Shown here one piece after another: positions 22,269 through 31,616 of a stretch of DNA of 64,000 nucleotides. Position 1 is the first letter of the stretch. Each line of letters opens with the position of its first letter. Source of the stretch: Spirochaetia bacterium (GTDB lineage Bacteria > Spirochaetota > Spirochaetia > DSM-2461); assembly GCA_963668315.1 (NCBI GenBank), contig OY764216.1, positions 1,376,001 through 1,440,000 on the forward strand, read 5' to 3'. The notes beneath the pieces were generated by a model that had not been told where the DNA came from, searched no databases, and saw only the letters and a list, made by a program, of their open reading frames with translations. Made by a program: the position numbers and the translations under genes.

Positions 22269-22577
22269 ATGATTTTTCCCCCGAAGCCCTTAGGATTTGT
22301 TAAGCAGGGACTGGCAGAGATGGGGCAGGAAATGTCTTATGTATATGACGATCTCATCTTTCCCGAGCATACGGCTTATATCATTCAGTTCGGTAAGGAA
22401 AATTACGAGCTGAACATATACTTCAATACCGAGTGTCCCGAGAAAGAGTCGGCCGTTTTGAAAGAGGAACTGACCAATACCTTCGCCGGCTCTATCGGAT
22501 TCTCTCTGAACTTTCCCGGCCGTTTCACCCTGACCCCCAACGAAGAGTCGGAGGAGATGGAGATAGCTTTTACCTAG
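22269..22577 (+). CDS. Hypothetical protein
   Basis: AAGGAG RBS before ATG 22269; acidic 102-aa ORF (SYVYDDLIFPEH). Confidence 0.7.
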   Translation: MIFPPKPLGFVKQGLAEMGQEMSYVYDDLIFPEHTAYIIQFGKENYELNIYFNTECPEKESAVLKEELTNTFAGSIGFSLNFPGRFTLTPNEESEEMEIAFT

Positions 22578-22696
22578 TACTCCCTTCGGAACTGAAAAAA
22601 CAGGGGAAAATCCTGTAGCAATAATAGAAATAGTTCACTATTATTATCTGGAAATAATCGATACTGAAAATTATACTGATTATAAGGAGTTCCCCT

Positions 22697-23284
22697 ATGA
22701 AAAGATTATTAACGATTCTGTTCTCTCTGCTGTCCGTCCTGATCCTGTTTTCCTGCAAGTCAGACGGCGAGCCCCAGGCGGAACAGGAAGCGCGGGCTCT
22801 GTCCGTCGATGCGCCCCATTGGTTCCTCGTTCCTCCCCAGGCCAAGGATGCTATCTACGGCATTGGCGTCGCCACCTCTTCCGATCTGTCCCGGGCCAGA
22901 GACATGGCCTCCTCCCGGGCGCGTGCCGATATTGCCAAACAGCTCAGTGTCAGCGTAGAAACCATGCTGACCGATTACTTTCAGGAGGCCGGAACCGGAG
23001 ATGACTCCCAGGCCATCGAAATGATCGAGTCGATCACCAAGGAAGTCGCCGATGTGGATCTGAGGGGTGCCAAAACCATAGAAGCCTATGTCGCCGACGA
23101 CGGAAAGGTATATATACTGGCCGAATATTCCATGAATCAGTTTATTGAGGAACAGGTGGCTGAAGTATTCCAGAGAAACGAAAGCGCCGCCTTTGCCGAG
23201 TTCAAAGCCCAGCAGGCCCTGGACCGTCTGTCGGCGGAAGTGGAGAGCAATCCTCCCCGGTCCGATGCTAACGAGAGCGAATAG
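22697..23284 (+). CDS. LPP20-family lipoprotein
   Basis: Lipobox LFS-C; APHWFLVPP..IYGIG; ARADIAKQL. Confidence 0.8.
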   Translation: MKRLLTILFSLLSVLILFSCKSDGEPQAEQEARALSVDAPHWFLVPPQAKDAIYGIGVATSSDLSRARDMASSRARADIAKQLSVSVETMLTDYFQEAGTGDDSQAIEMIESITKEVADVDLRGAKTIEAYVADDGKVYILAEYSMNQFIEEQVAEVFQRNESAAFAEFKAQQALDRLSAEVESNPPRSDANESE

Positions 23285-24116
23285 GGGGTTCCCTGTCTAT
23301 TGGGCCGGTAAGGGGAGAGGGATCGTCCCCGCTCTCCTCTTTCTCGCTTTTCTCTTATCCTGCCGGTCGGCCCCTTCCCCTGCGGAAGATGCCCCGGGTG
23401 AGGGCCCTGATGCTGTTGAGGAGCTTTCCGATGCGTCCTTACTGCCCTCATGGATCATTGACAGCTCTCCTGTGAACGGCCGGCCCGTATTCGTTGTCTT
23501 CACGGGCAATTTGTACTCCGACGACGATGAAATGGAGGCGGCCCTCATGGCGGCTGCCGGGGAAGCGGTCAGATATCTGGGGGCCTATGTCAATGCGAAG
23601 GAGCTGAGCCAGGAGGGCAATACCACCCTGGGTTATGCTTCGGATATACGAATCGATTACCCCGAAGAGAGAGCCGCCGATTATAAGGACATGCTGGAGC
23701 TGGACCGGGTGGCCCGGTACAAATCCGCCACTATCGCCCGATTTCTTTTTACGGGGAAATCATCGTCTCTGCAGATTTTCTCCGGGGGTAAACCGCCCTC
23801 CTGGATCGTGTCGCCTCCCGCCGTGGAGGGGTATGTTTTCGCCGTGGGAGCGGCAAAATCCCACAGCACCTGGGAAAAATCTTTTGAAGCCTCCGATGAG
23901 AAAGCTATTGCTCAGCTGGCCTATGCCCTTTTTGGAAAAGTGGGAAACCAGAAAAATCTGCTTGACCGGGAGAGCTCCTCTACGGGCAGTACCTACTCCC
24001 TGGAAACGGTATATATGAGAGGAGAAGGAATTCTCCGGGAGCTTCTGATTGCCGGGCGCTGGGTCGATGAGGGAGAAACTCTCTTCTATTCCCTGGCCGC
24101 TGCCCCGCTTCAATAG
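23265..24116 (+). CDS. LPP20-like lipoprotein (two PxW-type domains)
   Basis: Lipobox LLS-C; LPSWI and PPSWIVSPP..FAVG; start uncertain. Confidence 0.65.
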   Translation: MLTRANRGFPVYWAGKGRGIVPALLFLAFLLSCRSAPSPAEDAPGEGPDAVEELSDASLLPSWIIDSSPVNGRPVFVVFTGNLYSDDDEMEAALMAAAGEAVRYLGAYVNAKELSQEGNTTLGYASDIRIDYPEERAADYKDMLELDRVARYKSATIARFLFTGKSSSLQIFSGGKPPSWIVSPPAVEGYVFAVGAAKSHSTWEKSFEASDEKAIAQLAYALFGKVGNQKNLLDRESSSTGSTYSLETVYMRGEGILRELLIAGRWVDEGETLFYSLAAAPLQ

Positions 24117-24223
24117 GCTGATATTTCCCAGAATCTTCTCTTCTTTACCCTCTTACCGCTGGAAGAAGAGGACTACTGTGTATAGTATTAGTTCTATACC
24201 TGTAAAATAATTCTGGGGATTTC

Positions 24224-25507
24224 ATGAAATATTTAACATATCCGGCCATCATATTCAGCGTGTCTCTTCTTTTTTCCTGTTCCTCCGATTCCGGGGCTTC
24301 GGCTTCCCGTGAGAGTGATTCATCCGCAGCGGTAGCACAGGCATCTCCCGGCTGGATACTGCATCCCCCCAGGGAGAAGGATTATATTTTCGGAATCGGC
24401 TGTGACCCCGATCCGGAACTGGCGAAGCAGCGCTCCCTGATAAATGCGGGGCAGCAGATGGGATCCCGAATTCAGACGAGCCTTGAGGAGTATGTCCGCG
24501 AGGGGGAAGGCGCGTCGGAGAGCCTTGTGACGTCCTTCCAGACCGAGGTTACCGATCAGAGTCTTAAAGGGGCCAAATTCGTCGATCAGTACTGCGATGA
24601 TCTGGGAACCTACTGGGTACTCTCCCGCGCCCCCCTCTCCTGTACGCTGGATATGGCGGAATCGATGCTTCTGAGTTATCAGCTTGAACTGTCCGTGGAT
24701 AAGGCGGCGGTGAATCGGATTCTTGACAGGGCTTCAGAAGAGCTGGCCGTCCAGGAAGCTTACTATCGGGAAGAATTGAAGGATGACGAGGTCGGAGCTC
24801 TGGTTCTCGAATCGGGGGCCGCCCGCCTGTTTGTCTATCCTGAGTATCAGTTTCCCATGAGCTGGGAAGAAGCCGCTCACCGGGCCGGGACTCTTTCGGC
24901 TTACGGTTATTCCGACTGGCGTCTCCCCACAAGAACGGAACTGGATATTCTGATCGAACACAGGGAAAGCCTGCCCGGTTTTCGAAGCGACTGGTACTGG
25001 ACGGCCCATAATCTGGACAGCCGTTTCAGTATCGTGAAAAGTCTGAAGAACGGAAAGGATAAAATGTACAGTAAGGAGAGTACCCAGAGTTTCTATATGG
25101 TCCGCAGCGATGATTTCCCCTACACCATGATACCCCGTACGACCGGGAGGGAAGGGGAGAAGGCAACCCTGTCGGGAGCCTATGTCTTCAGCAGCGGGGA
25201 TATGGATCTCTATATCTCGGAATATCACAGCCCCGTCACCTGGGCCGATGCAAAGGCCGCCTGCGACAGTCTGACTTCCTTCGGGTTCGACGACTGGAGG
25301 CTTCCGACGGAAGAGGAGATGCTGCTTCTCTTTCAGCATGAAGATTCCCTGACCGATTTCCGCTATGACTGGTATTGGACCTCGGATGAGAAGAACCGGC
25401 GAAAGGCCCTAATCCTCAATATGGCCAGCGGGAAAAGCAGTTATTACAAAAAGAAAAGCGCCCAGAGCTTCTATGCCGTAAGGACAGAAACCCGGGCTGG
25501 TAACTAG
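24224..25507 (+). CDS. Lipoprotein with LPP20-like domain and two DUF1566-like domains
   Basis: Lipobox LFS-C; PGWILHPP..FGIG; two repeats of W..A....GxxDWRLPT..E..WYWT. Confidence 0.78.
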   Translation: MKYLTYPAIIFSVSLLFSCSSDSGASASRESDSSAAVAQASPGWILHPPREKDYIFGIGCDPDPELAKQRSLINAGQQMGSRIQTSLEEYVREGEGASESLVTSFQTEVTDQSLKGAKFVDQYCDDLGTYWVLSRAPLSCTLDMAESMLLSYQLELSVDKAAVNRILDRASEELAVQEAYYREELKDDEVGALVLESGAARLFVYPEYQFPMSWEEAAHRAGTLSAYGYSDWRLPTRTELDILIEHRESLPGFRSDWYWTAHNLDSRFSIVKSLKNGKDKMYSKESTQSFYMVRSDDFPYTMIPRTTGREGEKATLSGAYVFSSGDMDLYISEYHSPVTWADAKAACDSLTSFGFDDWRLPTEEEMLLLFQHEDSLTDFRYDWYWTSDEKNRRKALILNMASGKSSYYKKKSAQSFYAVRTETRAGN

Positions 25508-26559
25508 ATCTTCAGCGCTTCCTGTCGTTTGTAGTGGTCCTCAAGAACCAGCGCCGCCATGGCTTCCACCACAGGGACCATACGGGGACACAGACAGGGA
25601 TCGTGCCTTCCTCGGGTCACGATATCCCGTTCCTGCCCTTCCTTGTCTATCGTTTTCTGGGGCGCCTCGATGGAGGACGTCGGCTTTACCGCGATACGGA
25701 ACACAATCTCCTCTCCGGTGGAGATTCCCCCCAGGGTTCCTCCGGCATTGTTGGTCTGGAAACCGTCCTTGTCCATCCAGTCGTTATGTTCCGTTCCCAG
25801 CATATCCACGCAGCCGAAACCCGAACCGAACTCCACGCCCTTCACGCCGCCCAGGGAAAGAACCGCTTTCCCCAGATCGGCTTCCAGTTTATCGAAAACC
25901 GGTTCGCCCAGTCCGGGGGGAAGGCCGTTGATGCGGCACTCCACCATTCCTCCCGTACTGTTACCCTCTTCGGCCAGCTGAACGATTCGCTCGTACATCT
26001 TCGCCGCGGCTTCCCTGTCGGGACAGCGCATGGGATTCTTTTCTATCTGGTCCAGGTCGATTGTTTCGCAGCCGAAACCGGCGGCCCGCAGGGTATAGGC
26101 GGTAATGGTCACCCCCCGCTGTGAAAGGAGTTTTCTGGCTATGGCCCCGGCGGCCACCCGTCCGGCCGTCTCCCGGCCCGAGGCCCTTCCCGAACCCCGG
26201 TGATCCCGGATGGCGTATTTTTTCAGGTAGGTAAAATCCGCATGGCCCGGGCGGAACATATTCACAATGTCATCGTAGGCGCTGGGCTGCTGGTCCTTAT
26301 TGTGGAGGAGCATCATCAGAGGCGTCCCCGTCGTTTTCCCCTCGTAGACACCGCTCAGGATATGTACTTCGTCGGTTTCCTTGCGGGGGGTCGTAACGGC
26401 GGACTGCCCCGGTTTTCTCCGGTCCAGCTCTTTCTGTATATCCGCCTCGTTCAGCTCGAGCAGAGGAGGGACCCCGTCGACAATGACGCCGACGCCGCCT
26501 CCATGGGATTCTCCGAATGTGGTGATTCTGAATAACTGTCCGAAACTATTGCCTGCCAT
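25504..26559 (-). CDS. aroC: Chorismate synthase
   Basis: MAGNSFG..TTFGESHG, RPGHAD, GRASGRET, KPTSSI, GRHDPC; GAGGAGG RBS. Confidence 0.97.
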   Translation of the reverse strand: MAGNSFGQLFRITTFGESHGGGVGVIVDGVPPLLELNEADIQKELDRRKPGQSAVTTPRKETDEVHILSGVYEGKTTGTPLMMLLHNKDQQPSAYDDIVNMFRPGHADFTYLKKYAIRDHRGSGRASGRETAGRVAAGAIARKLLSQRGVTITAYTLRAAGFGCETIDLDQIEKNPMRCPDREAAAKMYERIVQLAEEGNSTGGMVECRINGLPPGLGEPVFDKLEADLGKAVLSLGGVKGVEFGSGFGCVDMLGTEHNDWMDKDGFQTNNAGGTLGGISTGEEIVFRIAVKPTSSIEAPQKTIDKEGQERDIVTRGRHDPCLCPRMVPVVEAMAALVLEDHYKRQEALKI

Positions 26560-26787
26560 GGGGGCCTCCTCTGGTCGCATCGGCTGGGCGGCAGCATCAT
26601 CTTCCGGCCTGCCTGCCGTCATTTTCCGTAGAAACAGGGTAGCCGGATGGGCTTTGATGGTCAAGGGCGAAAGGGAGAGGGGAGAAATATCCGTCAAAAA
26701 CATAGATGGGTCTACGCAGTTTTCCCGATAGGTATTATACTGGGGATAATCGCAGGATGTATTCCCGGGAAAAGAGAGGAGGAACCA

Positions 26788-27204
26788 TTGGGAGAAACGA
26801 TACGCTTCGGGGTATCCATGGACAGCGACCTGGTTGAACTTCTTGACAGACTGACCCTGGACCAGGGGCATGAAAACCGTTCTGAAACAATTCGGTCTCT
26901 GGTGAGGAATGAGCTGGTGGAGACCGGTTCTCAGGATCCCGACAGGGAAGTCATAGGCACGGTTACTCTTCTTTACCACTACGGAACCAGGCTGCCCCGG
27001 GTCCTTGTGAAGGATTATCCGTCGGTAAAAATTTCTGCCAATATCCAGCTTCACGAGGATCATGAAATCTGTGTGAAAGTCATGGTGGTAAAAGGGAAGG
27101 GGGGCGAGGTCCGCGACTGGGCTCGGAAGCTTCTTTCCGGAAAGAAGATCATCGGGGAACTTTCCATCAGCGCCACAGAGGAACTGTACAGGGAACTGTT
27201 GTAG
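26788..27204 (+). CDS. NikR-like ribbon-helix-helix metalloregulator
   Basis: RFGVSMDSDL..NRSETIRSLVR RHH; VIGTVTLLY..C..VMVVKG ACT-like domain; GGAGG RBS + TTG start. Confidence 0.85.
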   Translation: MGETIRFGVSMDSDLVELLDRLTLDQGHENRSETIRSLVRNELVETGSQDPDREVIGTVTLLYHYGTRLPRVLVKDYPSVKISANIQLHEDHEICVKVMVVKGKGGEVRDWARKLLSGKKIIGELSISATEELYRELL

Positions 27205-27227
27205 GGCATGTGACAAGAGCCACCGTA

Positions 27228-27292
27228 TTGACCTTAGAAATAAAAGGTTTTATTCTATTTTGATGTGACACGAAAAAATTAAAACGTGTCAC
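27228..27292 (+). promoter_or_regulatory. Sigma70 promoter plus 28-bp NikR-type operator
   Basis: TTGACC-17-TATTCT, then perfect inverted repeat GTGACACG-N12-CGTGTCAC (27265-27292). Confidence 0.8.
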
Positions 27293-27329
27293 CCTTTTTG
27301 ACAGGTCGATTATAACAGGAGACATCAGA

Positions 27330-28475
27330 TTGAATACGTATCATGACAGAAGGGCTTTCCGCCCGAGAGCTGCGGCTCTGATCTTAGGTTTTATGATCCT
27401 CATCAGTTCCCAGGGCCTTTTTTCCATGGCCCGGGAAGAGGCATTCGAGACAGACTCATCCTTCACTGTCACCGACATGAGGGGAAGGGAAATCACGGTT
27501 CCGGGAGAAATCAGTCGCGTCATAGCCCTGGATGCCGGTGCTCTGAGGCTGATCAGCTACCTCGACGCCACAGATAAGGTCATCGCCGTGGAAGATGAGG
27601 GTCACGGACGGGAAATCTCTGATTACGGATTTTTCTCCCTGGCAACCTACCGTATCGCCTTTCCCGAACTGCGTGAACTTCCCAGTATCGGCAATAAGGA
27701 GAACCATGAGGGAATCATTGCGGCAGCGCCTGATCTCATTATCACTTCCACCGTGGATCCGGGGCAGCTGGATCAGCTTCAGAACGTTCTGGGGATTCCC
27801 GTTTTTGCCGTTAATGTCGATGTGGAACTCTTTGATAGGGAACTCTTCAATTTTCAGCTGACAAAACTCGGACAGATTCTGGGACGGCAGGATAGGGCAA
27901 AGGAGCTAATCGACGGAATCGATGCTGTTCTTGCCGATCTGGAAGCCCGTGCCTCCCTAGCGTCCGTGGCGAAACGGGCTTATGCCGGAGGAATGATGTT
28001 CTACGGCCCCGCCGATATTCTCAGGACGACGGGAGATTATCTTCCCTTTGATTTCAGCGGCGCCGAAAATGTCATGCCCACCAACCCTGTGGGAAACCTT
28101 CAGCCCTATATGACATCCGTGGAGGACCTGATCGCGGCCGCTCCCGACTATGTGTTTATCGATGGGGCGAACATGAACCTTTCCCGCTCCGGGTTTGAAA
28201 CGAACCGCAAAGTGCTGGAAGAGCAGGTTCCCGCCTTTGAGAATCAGCAGGTCTACTCCACTTTCGTATACAAATATTACGGGACAAACTGGGAAAATCA
28301 GCTTATCAATGCCTTTTTTGTCGGAAAAGTGCTCTATCCCGATTTGTATGGCGATATTGTCGTCGAAGACAAGGCCGAGGAAATCTGGCAGCTCTTTTTC
28401 GGAAGATCCCTGACCTATGATCAGGTGGTTCAGGCTCAGAAGGGCGGACCTGAAAAGGTTGACTGGTTTAACTGA
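27330..28475 (+). CDS. ABC transporter substrate-binding protein (metal-chelate/cobalamin, class III)
   Basis: TVTDMRGREITVP..RVIAL, LPSIG, PDLII, PDYVF; AGGAG RBS + TTG. Confidence 0.88.
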   Translation: MNTYHDRRAFRPRAAALILGFMILISSQGLFSMAREEAFETDSSFTVTDMRGREITVPGEISRVIALDAGALRLISYLDATDKVIAVEDEGHGREISDYGFFSLATYRIAFPELRELPSIGNKENHEGIIAAAPDLIITSTVDPGQLDQLQNVLGIPVFAVNVDVELFDRELFNFQLTKLGQILGRQDRAKELIDGIDAVLADLEARASLASVAKRAYAGGMMFYGPADILRTTGDYLPFDFSGAENVMPTNPVGNLQPYMTSVEDLIAAAPDYVFIDGANMNLSRSGFETNRKVLEEQVPAFENQQVYSTFVYKYYGTNWENQLINAFFVGKVLYPDLYGDIVVEDKAEEIWQLFFGRSLTYDQVVQAQKGGPEKVDWFN

Positions 28476-28477
28476 TT

Positions 28478-29539
28478 ATGAATCATGGTGCTGTCGATCC
28501 TCTTTTCCATCTATACCGCTTAGAGAGAAGAAGCCGGGGAATATTCCTGGCCATAGCAGGGGGCGTTCTTCTGCTGCTGGTCCTTTTTTCCCTGTCGGCA
28601 GGCACCATAAGGATTCCTTTCAAGGATGTGCTCTCCTACCTTTTCAGGCTGGATGCCGCCGGACAGGGCCGTATCATATGGGACGTCAGGATGCCTCGGG
28701 TTCTGGCCGCACTCCTTGTCGGCGCGGGGCTGTCCCTGTCCGGAACTGTAATGCAGTCCGTACTGCGCAATCCCCTGGCCTCTCCCTATACCCTGGGACT
28801 CTCCAGCGCCGCCGCCTTCGGTGCATCCTTTGCCATCGTCTTTTTCGGCGCGGGAACGGGCACTTCCTCCACGATCATCATCAGCAGTTCCTTCACCGTG
28901 GCCGCTTCGGCTTTTCTCTTCTGCTCCCTGTCCACGCTGGCCATTCTCCTGCTTACCGTACTGACAAAGATATCCGCCGAAAGCATGGTCCTGGCCGGTA
29001 TTGCCATCGGGTCGCTCTTTTCCGCCGGCCTTACCCTTATGCAGTATCTGGCCGACAGCGTGCAGCTGGCCAGCATCGTCTCCTGGACGTTCGGGGATCT
29101 GGGCCGGGCCAACTGGCAATTCCTGGCCATAACTGCGGTAGTCCTGATTCCCGTCTGCCTTCTTTTCTACTATTTCCGCTGGGATTTCAATGCCCTGGAC
29201 ACAGGTGAGGACGCGGCCCGGGGGCTGGGCGTGAAGACGGGAGCCCTGCGCATCGGAGGAATGGCCGCCGCCTCTCTTATCTCGGCTGTGATCGTCTCCT
29301 TCTTCGGGACCATCGCATTCATCGGACTTCTGGGCCCCCATATCGCCCGAAGGATTCTGGGCGCCGATCACCGCTTCCTCCTGATCTCCTCCCCCCTCAT
29401 CGGAGCCCTGATACTTCTGGCCGCCGATACGGCCGCCCGGACGGTTCTTACCCCTATGGTCCTGCCCGTGGGAATTCTGACCTCCCTCTGCGGTGGCCCT
29501 CTGTTCATCTATCTTCTTGTCGCAAGGAGGAGGGGATGA
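28478..29539 (+). CDS. FecCD/BtuC family permease
   Basis: RMPRVL, LRNPLASPYTLG, G.IAFIGLLGPHIAR, LPVG. Confidence 0.93.
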   Translation: MNHGAVDPLFHLYRLERRSRGIFLAIAGGVLLLLVLFSLSAGTIRIPFKDVLSYLFRLDAAGQGRIIWDVRMPRVLAALLVGAGLSLSGTVMQSVLRNPLASPYTLGLSSAAAFGASFAIVFFGAGTGTSSTIIISSSFTVAASAFLFCSLSTLAILLLTVLTKISAESMVLAGIAIGSLFSAGLTLMQYLADSVQLASIVSWTFGDLGRANWQFLAITAVVLIPVCLLFYYFRWDFNALDTGEDAARGLGVKTGALRIGGMAAASLISAVIVSFFGTIAFIGLLGPHIARRILGADHRFLLISSPLIGALILLAADTAARTVLTPMVLPVGILTSLCGGPLFIYLLVARRRG

Positions 29540-30288
29540 TTCTTTCTGTTCAGGGACTGCAATTCCAGTATAAAAGTCATCCCGTCATCAAGGAGGCTTC
29601 CTTCTGTGTGAAGGAAGGGGAGATCCTTACCATTCTGGGGCCGAACGGCGCCGGAAAAACAACTCTCCTCAAGTGCCTGAACCGGATTCTGATTCCCCGG
29701 GGCGGATCGGTTCTTATAGACGGAACGGATATCCACTCCCTGAGGCCGGTCCAGATCGCCCGCAGAATAGGCTGGGTTCCCCAGCAGGGCGAAAAAACCC
29801 GTATGAAAGTTTACGATCTGATTCTTCTGGGAAGAAAACCCTATTTCCGCTGGGCTCCGGGGAAAAGGGATCACCTGCTGGTGGAAGAAGCCATCAAGCT
29901 GATGGGTATTGAATCTCTGGCCATGCGTTACGCCGATGAAATAAGCGGAGGGGAGTTTCAGCTGGTGCAGATTGTCAGGGCCATGGCTCAGGCGCCCCGG
30001 GTCATTCTTTTTGATGAACCGACCAGCAGCCTGGATATCAGCAACCAGCATCGTCTAATGTCCCGTATCAGTCCCCTCATTCACTCAAGCCCCATGTCGG
30101 CGGTAATGACCCTTCACGATATCAATCTGGCCCTGCGTTATTCCGATAAATTTCTCCTCCTCCGGGACGGTATCGTCTATGCGGCGGGGGGCCGGGAGAT
30201 TATCACTCCGCAAAATATCCTCAAGGTATACGACATGGATGTCCTGGTGGAAGAAGCCGGCGGATATCCCGTCGTCATTCCTCTCTGA
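29536..30288 (+). CDS. ABC transporter ATP-binding protein (FecE/BtuD-like)
   Basis: GPNGAGKT, ISGGE, LFDEPT, LHDINLA. Confidence 0.93.
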   Translation: MILSVQGLQFQYKSHPVIKEASFCVKEGEILTILGPNGAGKTTLLKCLNRILIPRGGSVLIDGTDIHSLRPVQIARRIGWVPQQGEKTRMKVYDLILLGRKPYFRWAPGKRDHLLVEEAIKLMGIESLAMRYADEISGGEFQLVQIVRAMAQAPRVILFDEPTSSLDISNQHRLMSRISPLIHSSPMSAVMTLHDINLALRYSDKFLLLRDGIVYAAGGREIITPQNILKVYDMDVLVEEAGGYPVVIPL

Positions 30289-30305
30289 CCGGTCGGATTT
30301 CTCCC

Positions 30306-30860
30306 ATGAGAGTTACCCGGGCCATCGAAGAACAGCGGCAGCTTTATCCCCTGTCGACCTTGGCTGATATCTATAAAAGCTTTTTTCAGGATGAGTTCGG
30401 CCCGGGACACCTTCTTGCCGATCGGCAGAGAGCCCTGGAATATTACAATGGGGAGCTCGCCGATATGAGAAGCCGGAGCCGTTATAAGATCGAACCCTGC
30501 GGAGCGGGAGAGCATTTCTGTCGTCTTCACTTGGATCTTGTTCTTGACGGATTGATCAGCCGGGAAGACTATTTTGAGGCATTCCTGGCCGGGGCGGAGG
30601 GATTTTCTCTTCCCGACGGGGAGGGTTGGAAAAACAAATGGCTGTCAATTCTCCGTTCTCCCGGGAATTGGCAGGGTACCCTTGATCATTTTGAGGAAGA
30701 TGCCCATGGAATCCTATCTCGACTGGACGGGGGCGAATACGCCATGAATCACAGCGGCCGCTACAGGCAGGCCTATGACCCTCATTACCGTATCTTTTCC
30801 ATCCGGCATGCCGATGCCTTGATGGCTTCCCTATCCCCTAAAATCCGTCCTTTCTCATAA
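30306..30860 (+). CDS. Hypothetical protein, last gene of the ABC operon
   Basis: DIYKSFFQDEFGPGH and HSGRYRQAYDPHYRI segments; 17 nt after the ATPase gene. Confidence 0.75.
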   Translation: MRVTRAIEEQRQLYPLSTLADIYKSFFQDEFGPGHLLADRQRALEYYNGELADMRSRSRYKIEPCGAGEHFCRLHLDLVLDGLISREDYFEAFLAGAEGFSLPDGEGWKNKWLSILRSPGNWQGTLDHFEEDAHGILSRLDGGEYAMNHSGRYRQAYDPHYRIFSIRHADALMASLSPKIRPFS

Positions 30861-30908
30861 AGAGCAATTGCACGCTTCTTCCATCCTCTCTCTTTCTTAA
30901 AAAAGAGA

Positions 30909-30937
30909 GTAACACTTTTCCTCCGCCTCACTGTTTA
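30909..30937 (+). promoter_or_regulatory. Putative ECF-sigma promoter
   Basis: GTAAC-N17-CTGTTTA (AAC -35 / GTT-type -10) upstream of the ECF operon. Confidence 0.4.
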
Positions 30938-30969
30938 AGAGTTATACCAACTTGACAAAGAGGTCGATA

Positions 30970-31602
30970 ATGAAAAAGATAACCATTGTTTTAGTTTTAG
31001 TTATGATTACCGCCAGCCTTTTCGCCCAGGTGAAATTCCGCATGAACGGAGCCTGCGACTGGCATGCAGAAGAGGAAAAATCAGAGATGGGCGGAATCCG
31101 TCTGGAACTTGTGGGGCAGGAACTCGGCTTCGGCGTTGAAGTCATGGGTAATTCCAGCTGCGAAGATGAGCCGGTGGAGGGGGAGACCTACTGGGGCGAA
31201 TGGCAGGGAGAAGTCTTTGTCAATTATCACTTTTTCGGGAATAATTCTTTCCTGGATCCCTATCTGCAGGCCGGATACGGCTGTGCTGGCAAGGACTACT
31301 GGACCGTAGATGAGGGTTCGCAGGAGTTGAATATCTCCCTTTATCCCTCCTTCTCCGCCGGAGTCAACATGGTTTTCAAGGGCGGTCTCATTCTGGGCAT
31401 TCGCAACAGCTATCGTCCGGATAACCGGTATGTGCCCGGTTCAGATCTGCCCGTTTATGATTTGTCAAAGAATCAGTTTACCCTTAATATCGGCCACCAG
31501 TTCGGCGGAAGGGATAAAAGAGAGAGAGCAAGAGATGAGCGTTACGGATGCTGGAAGTGGTGCTGGTGCGAAGACGGCGACTGTGACAGGGATGACGATT
31601 AG
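30970..31602 (+). CDS. Exported beta-barrel-like protein with Cys/Trp/Asp-rich C-terminal tail
   Basis: Signal peptide ..ASLFA; amphipathic strands (LDPYLQAGYG, FTLNIGHQF); tail GCWKWCWCEDGDCDRDDD. Confidence 0.7.
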   Translation: MKKITIVLVLVMITASLFAQVKFRMNGACDWHAEEEKSEMGGIRLELVGQELGFGVEVMGNSSCEDEPVEGETYWGEWQGEVFVNYHFFGNNSFLDPYLQAGYGCAGKDYWTVDEGSQELNISLYPSFSAGVNMVFKGGLILGIRNSYRPDNRYVPGSDLPVYDLSKNQFTLNIGHQFGGRDKRERARDERYGCWKWCWCEDGDCDRDDD

Positions 31603-31616
31603 TCAAGGAGGACGTT

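Noticed and set aside
26560..27216. Apparent 219-aa N-terminal extension of AroC
   Set aside because: Overlaps the NikR-like gene in antisense; the true start MAGNSFG has its own GAGGAGG RBS.
27298..27316. TTGACA...TATAAC as a promoter
   Set aside because: Only 7 bp spacing; the upstream 17-bp promoter fits better.
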